From positions 9,548,001 through 9,612,000 of the forward strand of contig OX597831.1 of the NCBI GenBank assembly GCA_951406725.2: a stretch of DNA of 64,000 bases, in the 5' to 3' direction. This stretch comes from Octopus vulgaris. Taxonomy: Eukaryota. The notes under the pieces were generated by a model. It made no database searches. It was not told the origin of the DNA and was given only the letters and a program-made list of their open reading frames with translations. Position 1 is the first letter of the stretch. Each line of letters opens with the position of its first letter. Positions 40,874 to 55,724 of this stretch are shown here, piece after piece. Position numbers and translations under genes: made by a program.

Positions 40874-42569
40874 GTGTATAAATATATATTCACCTGTATT
40901 AAATGTGTGTATCTATGTCTCTATCTCTATGTCTATCTTTCTATCTATCAATCTCGCTTTCGCTCTTTCTGTTATTATATGTGGTGAATGTATATATGCA
41001 TGTGTTCGCGTATGTATGTGTTATAGATATATGTATATATATATATATATGTATATATATATTTATATATATATATATACACATACATAAACATACATTC
41101 ACACACACAAACACGTATATATAAGTTTATGTGTGTATATACGTTTATTACAAACCTGTTATAATTATTAAAAATATATTTCTTCACACCTGAGGCGTTA
41201 ACTTTTAATAAATATAATTCAAACTCGGATATGCAATAAGCTAAAATGCATGACAACGAAGTAAAGTGATTTTCTTACAGAATATTTGTGCAAATGGAAT
41301 ATGTGTATTTTATTTTAAAAGACGATTAAAGAAATGGGGGAAAAAAAAACGAGATATGCAAATCAATTGAGCTTGTAATTGACAGGAACAGAGTAAATCT
41401 AAAATGATTTCTGTGTGCTTTACTATTTCAAATTGAAACTGTAATCATATGCAAAGTATATATAAGAATATATACATATATCATTGGTATGCTCTTACAT
41501 CTGTATATTTTCGCTTTTTTGTACAAGCACAGTCGGCGATTATCTCACATTTTACGAGTGCTATAATGTTAGCAGACATCACTAATTTCAAACTAACACC
41601 ACCCGCCTGCGAATTAATTTTCCTCCGAAATTTCAGCAACATTTCTATCCACAACGGTATGAACATGTTTAAACTAACTGAAATATCTAAGTTGACATTT
41701 ATTATAGCAGAAAAACCACTAATTTATTGATGTACATAATTTATATTTAATGTACATATTTTTAATTATGTGTTTCGAGAATTACATCGTCAGAAGATTA
41801 AAACATAATCGTCTGCTTTAATATATCATTGTTAAGACGGTGTCTACCAATTCAAAATATTGTTTCTAGATAATGTCTATACACTAAATACGAAAACATT
41901 TACTGAAAAAGGTGATGTAGACAGTACGCTCGATTTCGAAGTGTCCCAGTTATTGAAAGCAGACAGGGGATAACAGATCTCGCATTTAGTTTTTTGCTAT
42001 AACGTTAAAACCAATATCCAAGGCTTAAATTATACCCTACAATTTTATAAAATCAAATTTAATCTTTTTGAGATATCAAAAGTTTCGAAACTTATATATG
42101 TCATCCATTGGACTTAACCATGACTTTCAGATTTAAAAGGAAACATCTGAATATTAGAATCGCCATATAAAAGTACTCTTATCAGAAGTAAGAGACAAAA
42201 TAATGAATGATAAAATGTGAATAGCTTGAAAACAGAAACGGTACCATGCAATGGGTTAAAATACCTACGAAGAAATATTGTAGAAGATGCAGAGCTGAAG
42301 AACAAAAATCGCTGCTGTGTTGACCGACAAATGAGTATGTACAGTTAATGCAGACCCAGTTTCGTATAGTTTTCTCAACTGAAAGAAAGTTTACGCATTA
42401 TCCCCTTACTTTATATGTTCACTAATTGTATATTATCCAAAGAATTAAATATAAAAAAAATTTTATCAAGGGAGAGGAACATACATTGCTCTCGATTGCA
42501 ACTCGAACCTAGAAATGCTTACCTAAAATAAACAAGGAAGCGAAATATATTAGTTAAATATATGTACAT

Positions 42570-42735
42570 AGGCGCAAGCGTGGACGTGTGGTAAGAAGCT
42601 TGCTTCCCAATCACATGGTTCCGGGTTCAGTCCTACTGTATGACACACAGATCGAGTGTCTTCTACAATAGCCTCGGGCCGACAAATATTTTGTGCGTAG
42701 ATTTGGTAGGCGGAAATTAAAAGAAGTCCATCGTA
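42570..42735 (+). mobile_element. SINE family B 5' half
   Basis: gtgtggtaagaagcttgcttcccaatcacatggttccgggttcagtcc. Confidence 0.85.
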
Positions 42736-42736
42736 C

Positions 42737-42774
<38 letters not shown>

Positions 42775-42920
42775 TACATACATACATTTATACATTCTTT
42801 GCGTAAACAACGTTATTTTCGTATTTCATGCTATTTACGTTTTGTGACGTTCTGTACCCATATATGCATACCTATATACATATATATGTATGTACATGTG
42901 TGTGTGAATATGTATATATA

Positions 42921-43291
42921 CTCTTTTACTCTTTTACTTGTTTCAGTCATTTGACTGCGGCCATGCTAGAGCACCGCCTTTAGTCGAGCAAATCGACCTC
43001 GGGACTTATTCTTTGTAAGCCCAGTACTTATTCTATCGGCCCCTTTTTGCCGAACCGCTAAGTGACGTAAACACACCAGCATCGGTTGTCAAGCGATGGT
43101 GGGGGGACAAACACAGACACACAAACATATACACATATATATATATATATATATATACATATATATACATATATATACATATATATAATCCACTCACAAG
43201 GCACTTGCCCAAGATGCCACGCAGTGGGACTGAACCCGGAACCATGTGGTTGGTAAGCAAGCTACTTACCACAAAGCCACTCCTGCGCCTA
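42921..43291 (-). mobile_element. SINE family B, near full-length with internal deletion
   Basis: Close reverse-complement match to 4603-5058, including the tail. Confidence 0.9.
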
Positions 43292-43309
43292 TATATATAT
43301 ATATATATC

Positions 43310-43760
43310 AATACAAATAAAGGGTAAAAATTATTAACAATTAATACCAGTGGTTAGCATACTTCTGGTATTAATCGATAATAATTTCTACAATGTATCA
43401 TTGAGTTAAGTATTTAAATTCTTGGGTTGGATAATATGCGGTGAATTTATTCACTGCTGTACTACTTTGATTATGTACTCTGTTTCGCAGTATTCTTCGA
43501 TTTGAATTCTTCATATATAAAGATGGAACTAAGTACGCACGTGTATACTTTGGGTTTTCGGTGCGTATTAATTTTTATAATTATTCATTTTCCAACGACA
43601 TTACTGATGAGCCACGGATGGTTAATTAATCAATTGATTAAATATTTAATTGCTTTATTTGATCATTAATAGTGAAACACATGGGAATAGGGTTAACTGA
43701 GATGTTTATGCGTTCAAGAGTCCAACAGGCAACGTACAATTTAAGAATATCTCTTTTGTG
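43310..43760 (+). mobile_element. Putative PLE-type terminal fragment with inverted 5' junction
   Basis: Inverted repeat 43329-43350 / 43365-43386 next to (TA)n; CTGATGAG (43604)...GAAAC (43674) motif. Confidence 0.45.
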
Positions 43761-46244
43761 GTTTGGGTTTTAACTACTCTTTCTAACATGGTGGTTTCCT
43801 CTCCGTGTATAAGTGCCATGCTTATGCGCTAGCATGAATATGATGCTGTCTTTCTTGATAGAACAATATTACTTAGAGGTTTATTCTTTGCCGCGCTATA
43901 ATTGCTTAACCGGCAAAAGAGAAAATGATGTTTCTATCTTCGTCCCATATTCACAAAAAAATCCCTCAAACATTTCATATTTTATGTAACGTAAGTATTA
44001 AAGCTCGTATAATTGGTCGGAGAGACCGGGCTAAAGAAAATTATACGATCGCTGATACGGTCAATTTAATGGCTACAAATTTGAACTCACGATCATGTGT
44101 TCTGTGTGACAGTACGGCATCCTTACAATGCATTATCCCCTACTAATTCCTCTCAAAATCCAAGTATTTAATTGTTCTGTAAGTTTGTAGTAATATATTG
44201 CGTTACTCCTTTAGTTTATTCTGAAACGGTGAGTTGAATAATAGTGTAAATGTTACGTCAATAACGTAATTACACCACAAAAACGCACACACACAGACAC
44301 ACGCACGCATGTGCACGTTCTCTCTTACATCATACCCCCTCCCCCCCCCCAATTGTTATTAGCTCTCTCATTCGCTCGCTCAATGACTTTCTCCCAATTG
44401 GCGAAAACATTTTAAGAAGTAATAAAGTTGTACAATAAACCCGCTGACAATTTCTGTTCCCTGTGAACGATACTTGATAAGCTACCTTGAATGCAGATAA
44501 AGGAAGCAGTCAGTAGAGAGATGCCGGTCGTATAAAAACAATTTATTTGGGCAAATATTACAATTTTCCCTCTCTGAGATGGAATTGTATCAACCTTCTT
44601 TCCCCTTTTCGTTTTGTTTACAGAAAGCACGGCAAACTCTGAATAATTTAAATTGATTTTGTAATGATTATTTCAAATATTCTGGTATAGGATTTTTGAA
44701 ATTATTTTGTTGTGTATTATAGTATTTTCTGTTTTATTGTATTTTAATATTCTTCGCTTTCAGGTTGTAAAGGTAAAAGAAAAGAAGAAAAAAAACGCAA
44801 ATACCAAAACACACACACACACGAGTTCCAGCATTCTATTATATTTTTAATTTATTAAATATAATATTATTTTGAAACGTATTGACTCATTCGCTGTATA
44901 TTTTGAATGGGTTTTAGTAAATACGATTATCTATGGCGTGATGACTCAATCCGTGTTTTTATTTGTTTTTCAGAGCTAAGGCCGGTGCAATATTTACACA
45001 TACGATTCTTTGGATAATTCCATATTCTATTATTTCATTAGCTGTTTATGCATTTTGATCCGGCTATTTTTCCTAAAGGATTTGCAAATATTTAACAAAA
45101 ACGAAAAAATTTTGCTTTTCTGCAACATTTTCCAGAATAACAGATGACTAGGTTAACACATTCAAGCTGCGATCTACATAATACTTTAAATATTCCCACT
45201 GGTGCCTCAAGACCAAACTAGTTACCTCATACTGTTACTTCATAGTAGTAGTGTTGGCCAGTATTATAAAACAGCTGGAATGCTCCAGAAATTATACCAC
45301 CTTATGAATCTAAATTACTAACTAGAATAGGTCCAAACTGTTTTGAAACCAGCCGCGTAACCTGTTCAATCTCAGAATGGTGTTTTCTACATAGAGCGGC
45401 TCTGAACGATTTGATGATGTTTTAAGTAATTTTGATGTTTTCATCATTAATGTAATTATTGTAATTGTCCTTCTTGTAACAAATTCAATAATTATTGATC
45501 AAATACTTAAAAATATTTTTTACAAAGAAGTACATTCAGTACATCATTAGTATTTCTTCAACTCCACTATAAAATTAAATTACAAACTCACTTCAATGGA
45601 ATTCAACATTAAAAGTTCGAAAGATGGCAGCAACTACTTTGGGTAATTCAGTTTAGTCATTTTTTAATGTCTGAGCCCCACTGTCTTTGAATATAATTGT
45701 CAAATAGAATTTGATTAATTTAATTGACAAATGAGAGGCATCCCGGTTCTTAATTACTGCCAAGGAAACAGAGAGGGCATGAGTTATCTAGGGAATTGGT
45801 ATTTAGGTTTGTTGACGTCAAAAGGACGAAATCACACGAAGACACAGGTGAGAATTCAATTCGGAAAATGAAACAAGTTGTCTCCTAAGTAGAATAGTAT
45901 AAACTATACTGTACCTAGTACATACCTGGTATAATATTTTGTCGGACCTGTTTCCAGAGGTGAAGTATTCAAACACCATAGAATTCCTCTCAACACACGG
46001 TTACGATGCTCCTCCACTACTTCTGCTCCAGATCAGAGATGCACATATCGTCAGCCACCAAGGAACATACTAAACTGGTTAAGGTCAAGCAACTGACAAG
46101 CGAATCTGTGGTCTTGAGCAGAATATTTGCTGTAGCCGAGCTTTTATACGAAGACAAAACAAAGCATTTATACCAAGACAAAACATATACCAGTTAAGAT
46201 CAGAAGCCATGAGAACCACTGTCTGGTACTGCATCAGAGCAAAA

Positions 46245-46455
46245 GCAGCAAGCTGGTAGAATCGTTAGCTTGCTGTACGGATTTATCAGTGGTATTTCAC
46301 CTATTGCTACGTTCTGAGTTCAAATTCCGCCGAGGTCGACTTTGCCTTCTATACTTTCGGGGTCGATTGAATAAGTACCAGTTACGCACTGGAGTCGATG
46401 CAATCGACTTAATCCCTTCCTCTAAATTTGAGGTCTTGTACTTCCATTAGAAATA
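46245..46455 (+). mobile_element. SINE family A
   Basis: agctggtagaatcgttagc...gttctgagttcaaattccgccgaggtcgac; (ATT)n tail. Confidence 0.85.
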
Positions 46456-46461
46456 TTATTA

Positions 46462-46740
46462 TTATTATCATTGAGTGAGAGAGCAGTGCATGCCATCAAA
46501 ATGACACTGGGGTAAAATATGCGAAGCCCAGTATACCCATCATGACTACTCGCCTGATAAGGGTACACCAGGCACATGCATCACAACCATATGTGCGCGA
46601 CCATAAGTGATCTTATATCAAGATAAACAGCACATGACCTTGCAGGTGGGGCCCAGTTAGAAATTTCTTCAGGTTGAGTAGCCCATCCCGCTCAAAAGGT
46701 CCCTGAATAAGGGTTGTTTAAGGATGTTGAAAGAACCACC
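46462..46740 (-). mobile_element. Dispersed repeat family D between (ATT)n tracts
   Basis: Homologous to 2465-2732. Confidence 0.78.
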
Positions 46741-46751
46741 TATTATTATTA

Positions 46752-47111
<360 letters not shown>

Positions 47112-47837
47112 GTTATTATTATTAATTCTTTTATTATTATCACTGCTGTTGCTGTTGTATTTCTTACTCCCATCACTACTATTGTCTTCTCTCTCTCTTT
47201 CTCTGGTATTGATAATTCATTTTTCTTTTTCTTGGCAGCAGCTTCTTCTGGTAATTCTTCGCAAGGATGAACGACGTCCTCTTACCCCCACCCCCTCCCC
47301 TTCATCGCAAATCAACTTGGCAGCTCTCTTGTCTACTTCTCTGTCTATATTTGGGTACGTGCGCGCACGCGCTTTGGCTGCTATATTTTATGCGTGTACG
47401 TGTGTGAGTGTGCGGTGTATGTAGTCGGGTGCACGTGCCGGTCTCTTCTGTTTAAAGACCATTCCCACGGCAATGATTCTACTAACCCCACGCTGACCTA
47501 TATTTCTTTTTTTTGTTTTTATTTCCTTTCACTATCCGTTTCTTTCTGTGTCCCATTCTCCATTTACTTTACGCCCCTTAATTAATCTCAACCTGATCCT
47601 TGGTATGTATGCATCAATGCGCGGGGCACCTGATAGCTTTTTCTTCCCACAATTCCTTTTGTATATTTCCCCTACAAAACCCTTAAATTTACAAACTTGG
47701 GCATGTAAATTTAAACCTACCAGCGCTCCGCTTTCCTTATTATTGAGGTGATTTTGCTGTACCAAGTGTATTCTTGTTGGAGGATTCGACAAGAATAAGA
47801 CGAAATTTAGGAAAATATTAGCCAGGAGGTCCGCCTA

Positions 47838-47966
<129 letters not shown>

Positions 47967-48010
47967 CCTTACTAAATAACTAACTCTCTGTCTGTCTATC
48001 TGTCTATCTG

Positions 48011-48055
<45 letters not shown>

Positions 48056-48177
48056 ATATATATATATATATATATATCTGTCAATCCAATTCATGACTAT
48101 ACAACAAGAAGTTTACTTTTCAACCACATGGTGACAGGTTCAGTTTCGCTGTTCAGTTCCGCGTTCATATCCATACA

Positions 48178-48229
<52 letters not shown>

Positions 48230-48948
48230 TGGATATGTATATGTGTGTGTTGTGTGTGAATGTGTGTATGTGTGTATGTGTGTGTGGGTGTGTGTGTGCG
48301 CGCACACGTTAACAAATCAGACCTGTAAAGGAAATATGTAGTCCGAATTTGCAAGAGAACAGATCATTAAAGAACTTTTGCAATTACGAAATCTGTTCGG
48401 TTCCGGTTCAGGCACAAAAGGCCATCGTTCCTCGATTACATTCGTAGCAATATGTCTTTAGCACACAGTTTTGAAATCTGAACATAAACGGAATGTATAA
48501 ACTCATAAGTTATACAATAATCTATACAATAAGGAAGGTCGAAGTGTTTAGCAATGGCAACCTAAATGAAAACTCTGTAGTAACCATAGTCTGATCTAAT
48601 GACATTCTTGTGTTACATCAGTAAAGTACACAGACGCGACCGACTAAATATAAAACAAACATGTTTGTGAATATATTAATAAGTTTTTAAAATGAAAGAA
48701 GGATATGTGTTGCCGTAATCTGCTTATGGTTAAGTCTTGTTTAAGATACCAATGTTTACTCAACCAGCAGATGTCTGACTCATCTATTGCTGTAGATTGT
48801 TATCTTCATCACATTTTAATATATGTATATATATATGTATATATATACATATATATATTTATATGCAAGTTTATAGACGCACACGCAGACAGGTTCACAG
48901 ACACAAACACACATATAAACACACAGACACAGACATATATATATATAT

Positions 48949-48980
<32 letters not shown>

Positions 48981-49030
48981 GCAAGTTTATAGACTCACAA
49001 ACAAACACGCAGACACGTTCACATACACAA

Positions 49031-49071
<41 letters not shown>

Positions 49072-49299
49072 TATATAACTACTCATATACATATATAAAC
49101 AAGAGATATGGGAAAAAACATTGATGCTACTTGTTCACCATTACACGTCTTTCATTTGCTAATAAGATTTGTAACATTGTACATGTTGGAAAAACATGCA
49201 AGATATCTCCAATCAGAAATTCTTCACATAGGACGTCCAATATTACAGCTTGGATAACCCTATCTACATATGCTGTCCATCCATGCATCTATCTATCTA

Positions 49300-49628
49300 A
49301 GTACGCAACTGGTATTTAATTTATCGACCCCGAAATAATGAAAGGCAAATTCGACCTCGGCGGAATTTGAACTCAGAACATAAAGACAGACCAAATACTT
49401 GTTTCCTTATTACCCACAATGGGCTAAACATAGAGGGGTCAAACAAAGACAGACAAACGGATTAAGTCGATTACATCGACCCCAGTGCGTACATGGTACT
49501 TAATTTATCGACCCCGAAAGGATTAAAGGCCAAGTCGACCTCGGCGGAATTTGAACCCAGAACGTAGCGACGGGCGAAATACCATTTTGCATTTTGCCGG
49601 GCGTGCTAACGTTTCTGCCAGCTCCCCG
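49300..49628 (-). mobile_element. Dimeric SINE family A
   Basis: Same two-body architecture and junction as 13183-13500. Confidence 0.88.
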
Positions 49629-49643
49629 TTATATTGATAATAA

Positions 49644-50724
49644 CTAGTGGGACTCGTGGAAATTCTACAGAGCCAATAAATAAATAAATAAATAAAAGAG
49701 AAAGATTAAGAGGAAGCTATGAAAGAATAGAATGCCTTGCATTTGAATTTTTATTTTGCTAAGTTACAATACTGTATATTACAATTCTAAGTCACAATAA
49801 TCTATATTACAATTTTAAAATGTCCCTCTGCTAAACATCCTTTTTCTCTATACTTCTTCAACAAACTTTTTAATCGTGTAATTCCTGTCTTCATGTCTTT
49901 AACATTTCCCTCTTTCTCTACACCTCTCACTTCAGCTGACCACATGGGTGACTGCATCGGTTGGGTAGCTGCTCACTCACTCACTCTCACATTTCCTCTT
50001 CTTCTCTCTCACTCTATCTCTTCTTTTCTAACAAAACGAAAGCAGAAAGTGTTATCAAACAGGTAGAAGAAGAATGTTATAGATTTAGTCCAATTGGAAA
50101 AAAAGTTCTTTTCACAATCAACACGCCACCGCGACGACCACCACTGTCATCAATCACTATAGTATTCAGTAACAAAGCCCATTTCACTTCCTTGCTGTAG
50201 ATGTGTCTCTTTTCTGACAATATAAATGCTATCTGCCTCTCTGTCTTCCTCTCTCCCTCCTCCTCTATATTTCTCAATGTAACTGCTTCTACAGTCCATC
50301 TATCTTCTCTGTCTCTCTCTGCCCATTCCTCCTCCTCCTCTCTCTCTCTCTCTCAATGTAATTGCCTCCCTTGTCCATCTGTCTCTAACTGCCTTTCTTT
50401 AACCTCAACACCCGAGCATCACCCTCTGCTAAATATTCTATCCTAAACTTATCTCTTTTTCTTTACACTTCCCTCCTCACACTACAGCACGTCGTTAACA
50501 TTTAACGCTCCCTCTTTTCTCTTGTCTTCTTTTTCTCTCGCTCTTTGCCTCTCCTTTCAACTAACCCCGTGACCATTTAGCCTTATACATCCCTCTCTAC
50601 TTCTCACTTCTTTCTTCTCTACTCACACTCCTCCCTTCACTCACTTTTATTTCCCCTCTCACTCTCCACCTCCCTCACTAACTAAAGTACAACGGGTGAA
50701 CGAACAAGCAGATTATTATATACA
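49644..50724 (-). mobile_element. Non-autonomous Helitron-like element, second copy
   Basis: Minus strand A|TGTATATAATAA start and hairpin-TCCCA-CTAG|T end; plus-strand ctag(c/t)gggactcgt shared with 2733; CT-rich interior. Confidence 0.65.
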
Positions 50725-51179
50725 TAATAAAATATAATAATAGTAATTATAATAATGATTATTTGCACAATAAATATTCATTATTCTGATACGAAAATCA
50801 AATATTTGCGCAAGATATATTTTGGTGGTTTGTACATACTGAAAGGGAATTACACAATTTGGTTTATTCTGTGGAATAAACTCAAGTGTGAACGAATAAA
50901 TGTTTCTGAACAAGAATAATTAATAGCGAAGATTATTATGTACATAACATTATGCAGAAGTGAAGCTGCTGCTTCTGCTTTGTGGAAAAGAAAGAGTTTG
51001 GTGAACGATGATGGAATATCGCATGGCACTGAAACAAGAAGAAGAAGAAAATATGTACGAAAGATTTAAATAAATATATGGCATAATCTTAACAGAATGT
51101 ACCTTGAAAATCTGACTATTCAGAGATTAATGTTTGGAGGGAAATAAGGACAATGGTTAAAATGTAAAGAAAAGGAAGT

Positions 51180-51550
51180 TTTTCTTCTATATTTTACACG
51201 TTCCAGCCATTGGGCTGCGGCCATACTGGAGCACGACTTTAAAATGTTTTGTCAAACAGAAACCAGTGACACTAGTACTTTATGTTTTAAAGTTTGATAA
51301 TTATTCTATGGATTTTATTTTACTGAATCACTAAGTTATGGTGACATAAACAAACCAACAGCGGTCGTTATATACACGCACACATATGCATAAACTCAAC
51401 AGACTTTCACACAGATTCTGTCAGCTAAATTTATTTACAATGCAATGGTCAGCCTAGGGCGGTAGAAGACACTTGCCCAAGATACTGAGCTACGGGAGTG
51501 AACCAGAAACCATATGGCCGCAAAAAACGATTCTTAACCATACAGCAAGC
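51180..51550 (-). mobile_element. Degenerate SINE family B
   Basis: ctgcggccatactggagcac...agaagacacttgcccaag...gaaccagaaaccat. Confidence 0.78.
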
Positions 51551-51734
51551 ATTTTTAATGACGGAAAATAAGCTAGATGTTGAAAGAGGAAGTAACCCGA
51601 GGAAGAGAAACAGAAAAGAACCCGTTACAAAACCACTTCGGGTTGAGGGTAACGCAGCGAGAAAAAGGTTTTGGTGAATGATCTTCGTCCTGCATCTCAG
51701 ATTTGTTTAACGTTACATAGTGATTCAACAGTAA

Positions 51735-51746
51735 ATGACGGTGATG

Positions 51747-51779
<33 letters not shown>

Positions 51780-52097
51780 TTGATGATGGTGATGATGATG
51801 GTGATGATGATGATGATGACGATGACGATGATGATGATGACGATGATGATGATGACGATGATGATGATGATGACAATGATGATGATGATGACGATGATGA
51901 TGATGATGATGCCGATGATGATGATGATGATGACGATGATGATGAGTGTGGTGGTGATGATGATGAGGAAGTCGATGATGATGATGATGACGACGATGAT
52001 GATGATGATGACGATGATGATGATGATGGTGGTGATGATGATGGTGATGATGATGATGACGATGATGATGATGATGACGATGAAGATGATGATGACA

Positions 52098-52130
<33 letters not shown>

Positions 52131-52283
52131 GTGGTGGTGATGATGATGACGATGAAGACGATGTCGATACGGTTGATAATGATAAGAACGACGACGATGA
52201 TGATGGTAATGGTGAGGATGATGACGATGATGATGATGATGGTGACCATGAGGATGATGGATGATGATCATAACGACGACGAT
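51735..52283. repeat. Degenerate (GAT)n array of about 550 bp
   Basis: Direct reading; source of the poly-D/H/S/M ORFs. Confidence 0.95.
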
Positions 52284-52930
52284 GTAAATAACCATCACAT
52301 TGCAGCTAATGGTTGCATAATATATTTTGAAAAATAATACAAAAAATATATAAAAAAAAAGGAGGGAATACGAATTGGAAAGAAAAAAAAGATAGATTCA
52401 GAAAAACAATTCCAACTTATATATTTGGGAAGGAAGAAGATAGAGGAGCAGTTAGGTAAGTAACGAAATTGAGCAATAAGTTTACTTTCAAGAGAAACAC
52501 GCTTACGTGAGCATATGCAGAGAAAAAATATCCGTGTTATACAATTATATACACCTTGCTGAAAAAAGGCTCCAAGTGAAATATTACCACACTAAATGCA
52601 AATGGAAATATATGCTCATATATTTTACCAAGGAAAACACGAAAAACACCCCGGAACATAAGTAAATGAATAAAAGTTATTACTGAGAAGTATCAACGCT
52701 CATATTTCAACATAGAACCAATTTAAAATCCTCCATGTTTTTATTTTCTTCAACTTTTAATTGTGCCTTTGACATTCAGGTAGGTGTGCTTGAATATATG
52801 AGATGTAACTTTCGGAAAGATATTCACTGTAATTTGCGCAGATGCAAAATATATATGAGGCACATATATATATATATATATATATAAACGAAGATAATCT
52901 TTTTTTTAAACTTCAAATATATCTCTATAT

Positions 52931-52985
<55 letters not shown>

Positions 52986-53057
52986 TAAATATATGTTTGA
53001 ATGTATATATATATACATATACATATTTTACACACACACTCACACATATGTATAAAT

Positions 53058-53139
<82 letters not shown>

Positions 53140-54139
53140 ATGTATATATATCTATATATATATATATATATATATATTTTTATACGTATGTGTGTGTATG
53201 TGTGAGTGTGTGTGTAAAAGATGTTTACGAAACGTTATACAGAAAAAATTAAATTAGAATTTAGAATGCATATGTTATGCATGTGTATGTATATAAAACT
53301 CTATATGTTTATATATATATATATATACATACATATATATGTATTGTATATATATACTTATGCATGTGTGGGTGTTTATATGTACATATTTATTCCTGAG
53401 AATATATGTGCTTATATATATGTATGTACATATACATTTACGTATATAATACTATATAAATGATTATGAACATATATATATATATATATACTGCTGTGCC
53501 TGGGGGATATATATATATATTTTCATATACATACATACAGACAACATGCGCGTATATATATATGAGATAGCAATTCCTCTGGTAATGTTCAACGTTTGCA
53601 TCAGCAGAAGTCGTCTCATAATTAATAACGTTCTAAGAAACACTTTGTTGACATTTGAAATATCGTTCGACACAACAGCAAACATTTATTAGTTTGCCAT
53701 TACACAGTATATTATATAACTCTTAGTGGATATATCTTCAAAATATGTTGCCTTTTTCTATATTTCAAAAAGTCTGGTTAACATACTATACGGGAGACAA
53801 AAAATTGGAAATGTGAAAATAAATCATCTTAGCCTGGTAGACTTAAACCTGAGTAAATTATATGAGAATCTCTACTAAGTATAGTAATCGCTAGTATTTT
53901 GAAAATTAAGAAGAAAGTTAAATTAAATTACATTCAGCACTATATTGGATATTTTTTTATGATGACAGGGTCTTACGTTTCTGCCACACGCCCATATATT
54001 TAAGGATTTAAAGAAGAAAGGAATTTGAAAGAAACTCGACATAATTGCATTAACTACCTGTACAGCAGACTTCTAGTCCGGCAAATTTGAACGAAGCTAA
54101 GCAGCAGAGTGTTTATAGAGTTATGGCATATTACTTACC

Positions 54140-54522
54140 CTGGTATTCGTCCGTCTGCGCAACGAGAATGATCTAGTCATCCTGGAGTTGGGGTCGGACG
54201 TTTGGGATGACTTAGTGAGGGGTCAGCTTATGCTGCTCTTGGAAGGTCTTAAGGTAATATGCACCGGAAATGGAAATTGGTGATTTGATGGGGCTGATTT
54301 TTCTAGCCTTTATGCGTTGTCTAACTGCTGACATTCTCTTAGCTCCGTAAATTTGCATATCCTTACGAGTATCTGATTGCCACTAGCGTCTGTCCTAACT
54401 GATCTGCTCCTCTGCAAAATGCCTGATGGCCATTCGAGAAGTGTCAAAGTACCTTTGAAGTGGATTATCTGGCCTCCTTCGAATCGTTTACCGTGTTGAA
54501 GTTCGTCATCTAATAGTTTCAT
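54140..54522 (-). mobile_element. RTE-clade LINE 3' fragment
   Basis: KLLDDELQHGKRFEGGQIIHFKGTL resembles the RTE/BovB C-terminal motif K.LLYGEL..GKR..GGQ..RFKDTL. Confidence 0.72.
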
Positions 54523-54574
54523 TGGGAGCCGAGGTTAGCTATGCGATCTACATGACGTCCATATGGCGAAGGGG

Positions 54575-54780
54575 CTGCGTGCCAGCCGAATCGTTAGTGC
54601 GTCATTCAAAATGCTTAGCAACATTTGTTCCGGTTCTTCACCTTCTGAGTTCAAATCCTGCTGAGGTCGAATTTACCTTTCATCCCTTCTACTTCGACAA
54701 AATGAATTTCCAACAACTTACTGGGGTCAGTGCAATCACCTACCTCAAACTTTGCTGCTTTTGCCACAAACCTAGAAATG
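54575..54780 (+). mobile_element. Degenerate SINE family A
   Basis: gaatcgttagtgcg...aaatgcttagc...ttctgagttcaaatcctgctgaggtcga. Confidence 0.78.
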
Positions 54781-55512
54781 ATTGTTTATATAAATGTTTG
54801 ATTCTACTTATATAAATATCAATTCTATCATATGCGGCCCAAATTTCACCTGCAAGTGATTGGTTAAACCAAGATAAATTAGAAAAAAGTAGTGCAAATC
54901 AGCCGGACAATATACTGAACCAGGAACCGGGTATTTTAAATCGCATTTCTATCGAACAGCAGCCAAGTCTGGGCAATAGTATATTTTTGTAGCATCCGAT
55001 TAAATATACGATGTGTATGCTTCAAATGATGATTTTGAAATCGTTTTTTATTCATAGCTCAGAGTCGAATTTGCTTACAAGATATTTCTAACCAAAGGAA
55101 AACAAACCAAACTTGCTGATATTCACCCGACAGGTAATACCACCTCCGGCGATATCAACAGTGAAGTCGACGCCTCTCTAACCAGACTTTCACTTAAACC
55201 CAGTTAGTCATTATAGGAAAAGAAAGCGTTTTATATTTCCTGTCAGAATATGAATTAGACATTACAACTGACAGACAACTACCATCTGAAGCAATTATAC
55301 AATGGTATAGCTGTACATTACAATAATTTACACACATAGAAACATATATACTCACATGTATATAGATATACATATACATACAAACGTACACACACACGCA
55401 CACACACACATATATACATTTAGATATAGATACCTACAGATGTACAGTTATACTCATATATATATATATATATACATATACAGTTATATATATATATACA
55501 GTTATGTTCATA

Positions 55513-55556
<44 letters not shown>

Positions 55557-55693
55557 TAACTATCACTCTTAATGTATGTATACATATATACATATAAACA
55601 TACGCACATACAAAAATGTATAATTATATATATATGTCTGTGTGTACATTTTTACATACATACATTTATATATATATATATATATATACACGA

Positions 55694-55724
<31 letters not shown>

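Noticed and set aside
42114-42259. TTAACC...GGGTTAA piggyBac-like ends
   Set aside because: Inverted match is too short to call an element
48310-48352. miR-10-like words (tgtagtccgaatttg; also taccctgta near 19785)
   Set aside because: Seed and body are not together, the arm position is wrong and the hairpin is too short
51573-52337. Poly-His/Asp/Ser/Met ORFs
   Set aside because: (GAT)n array open in several frames on both strands; no splice or start context
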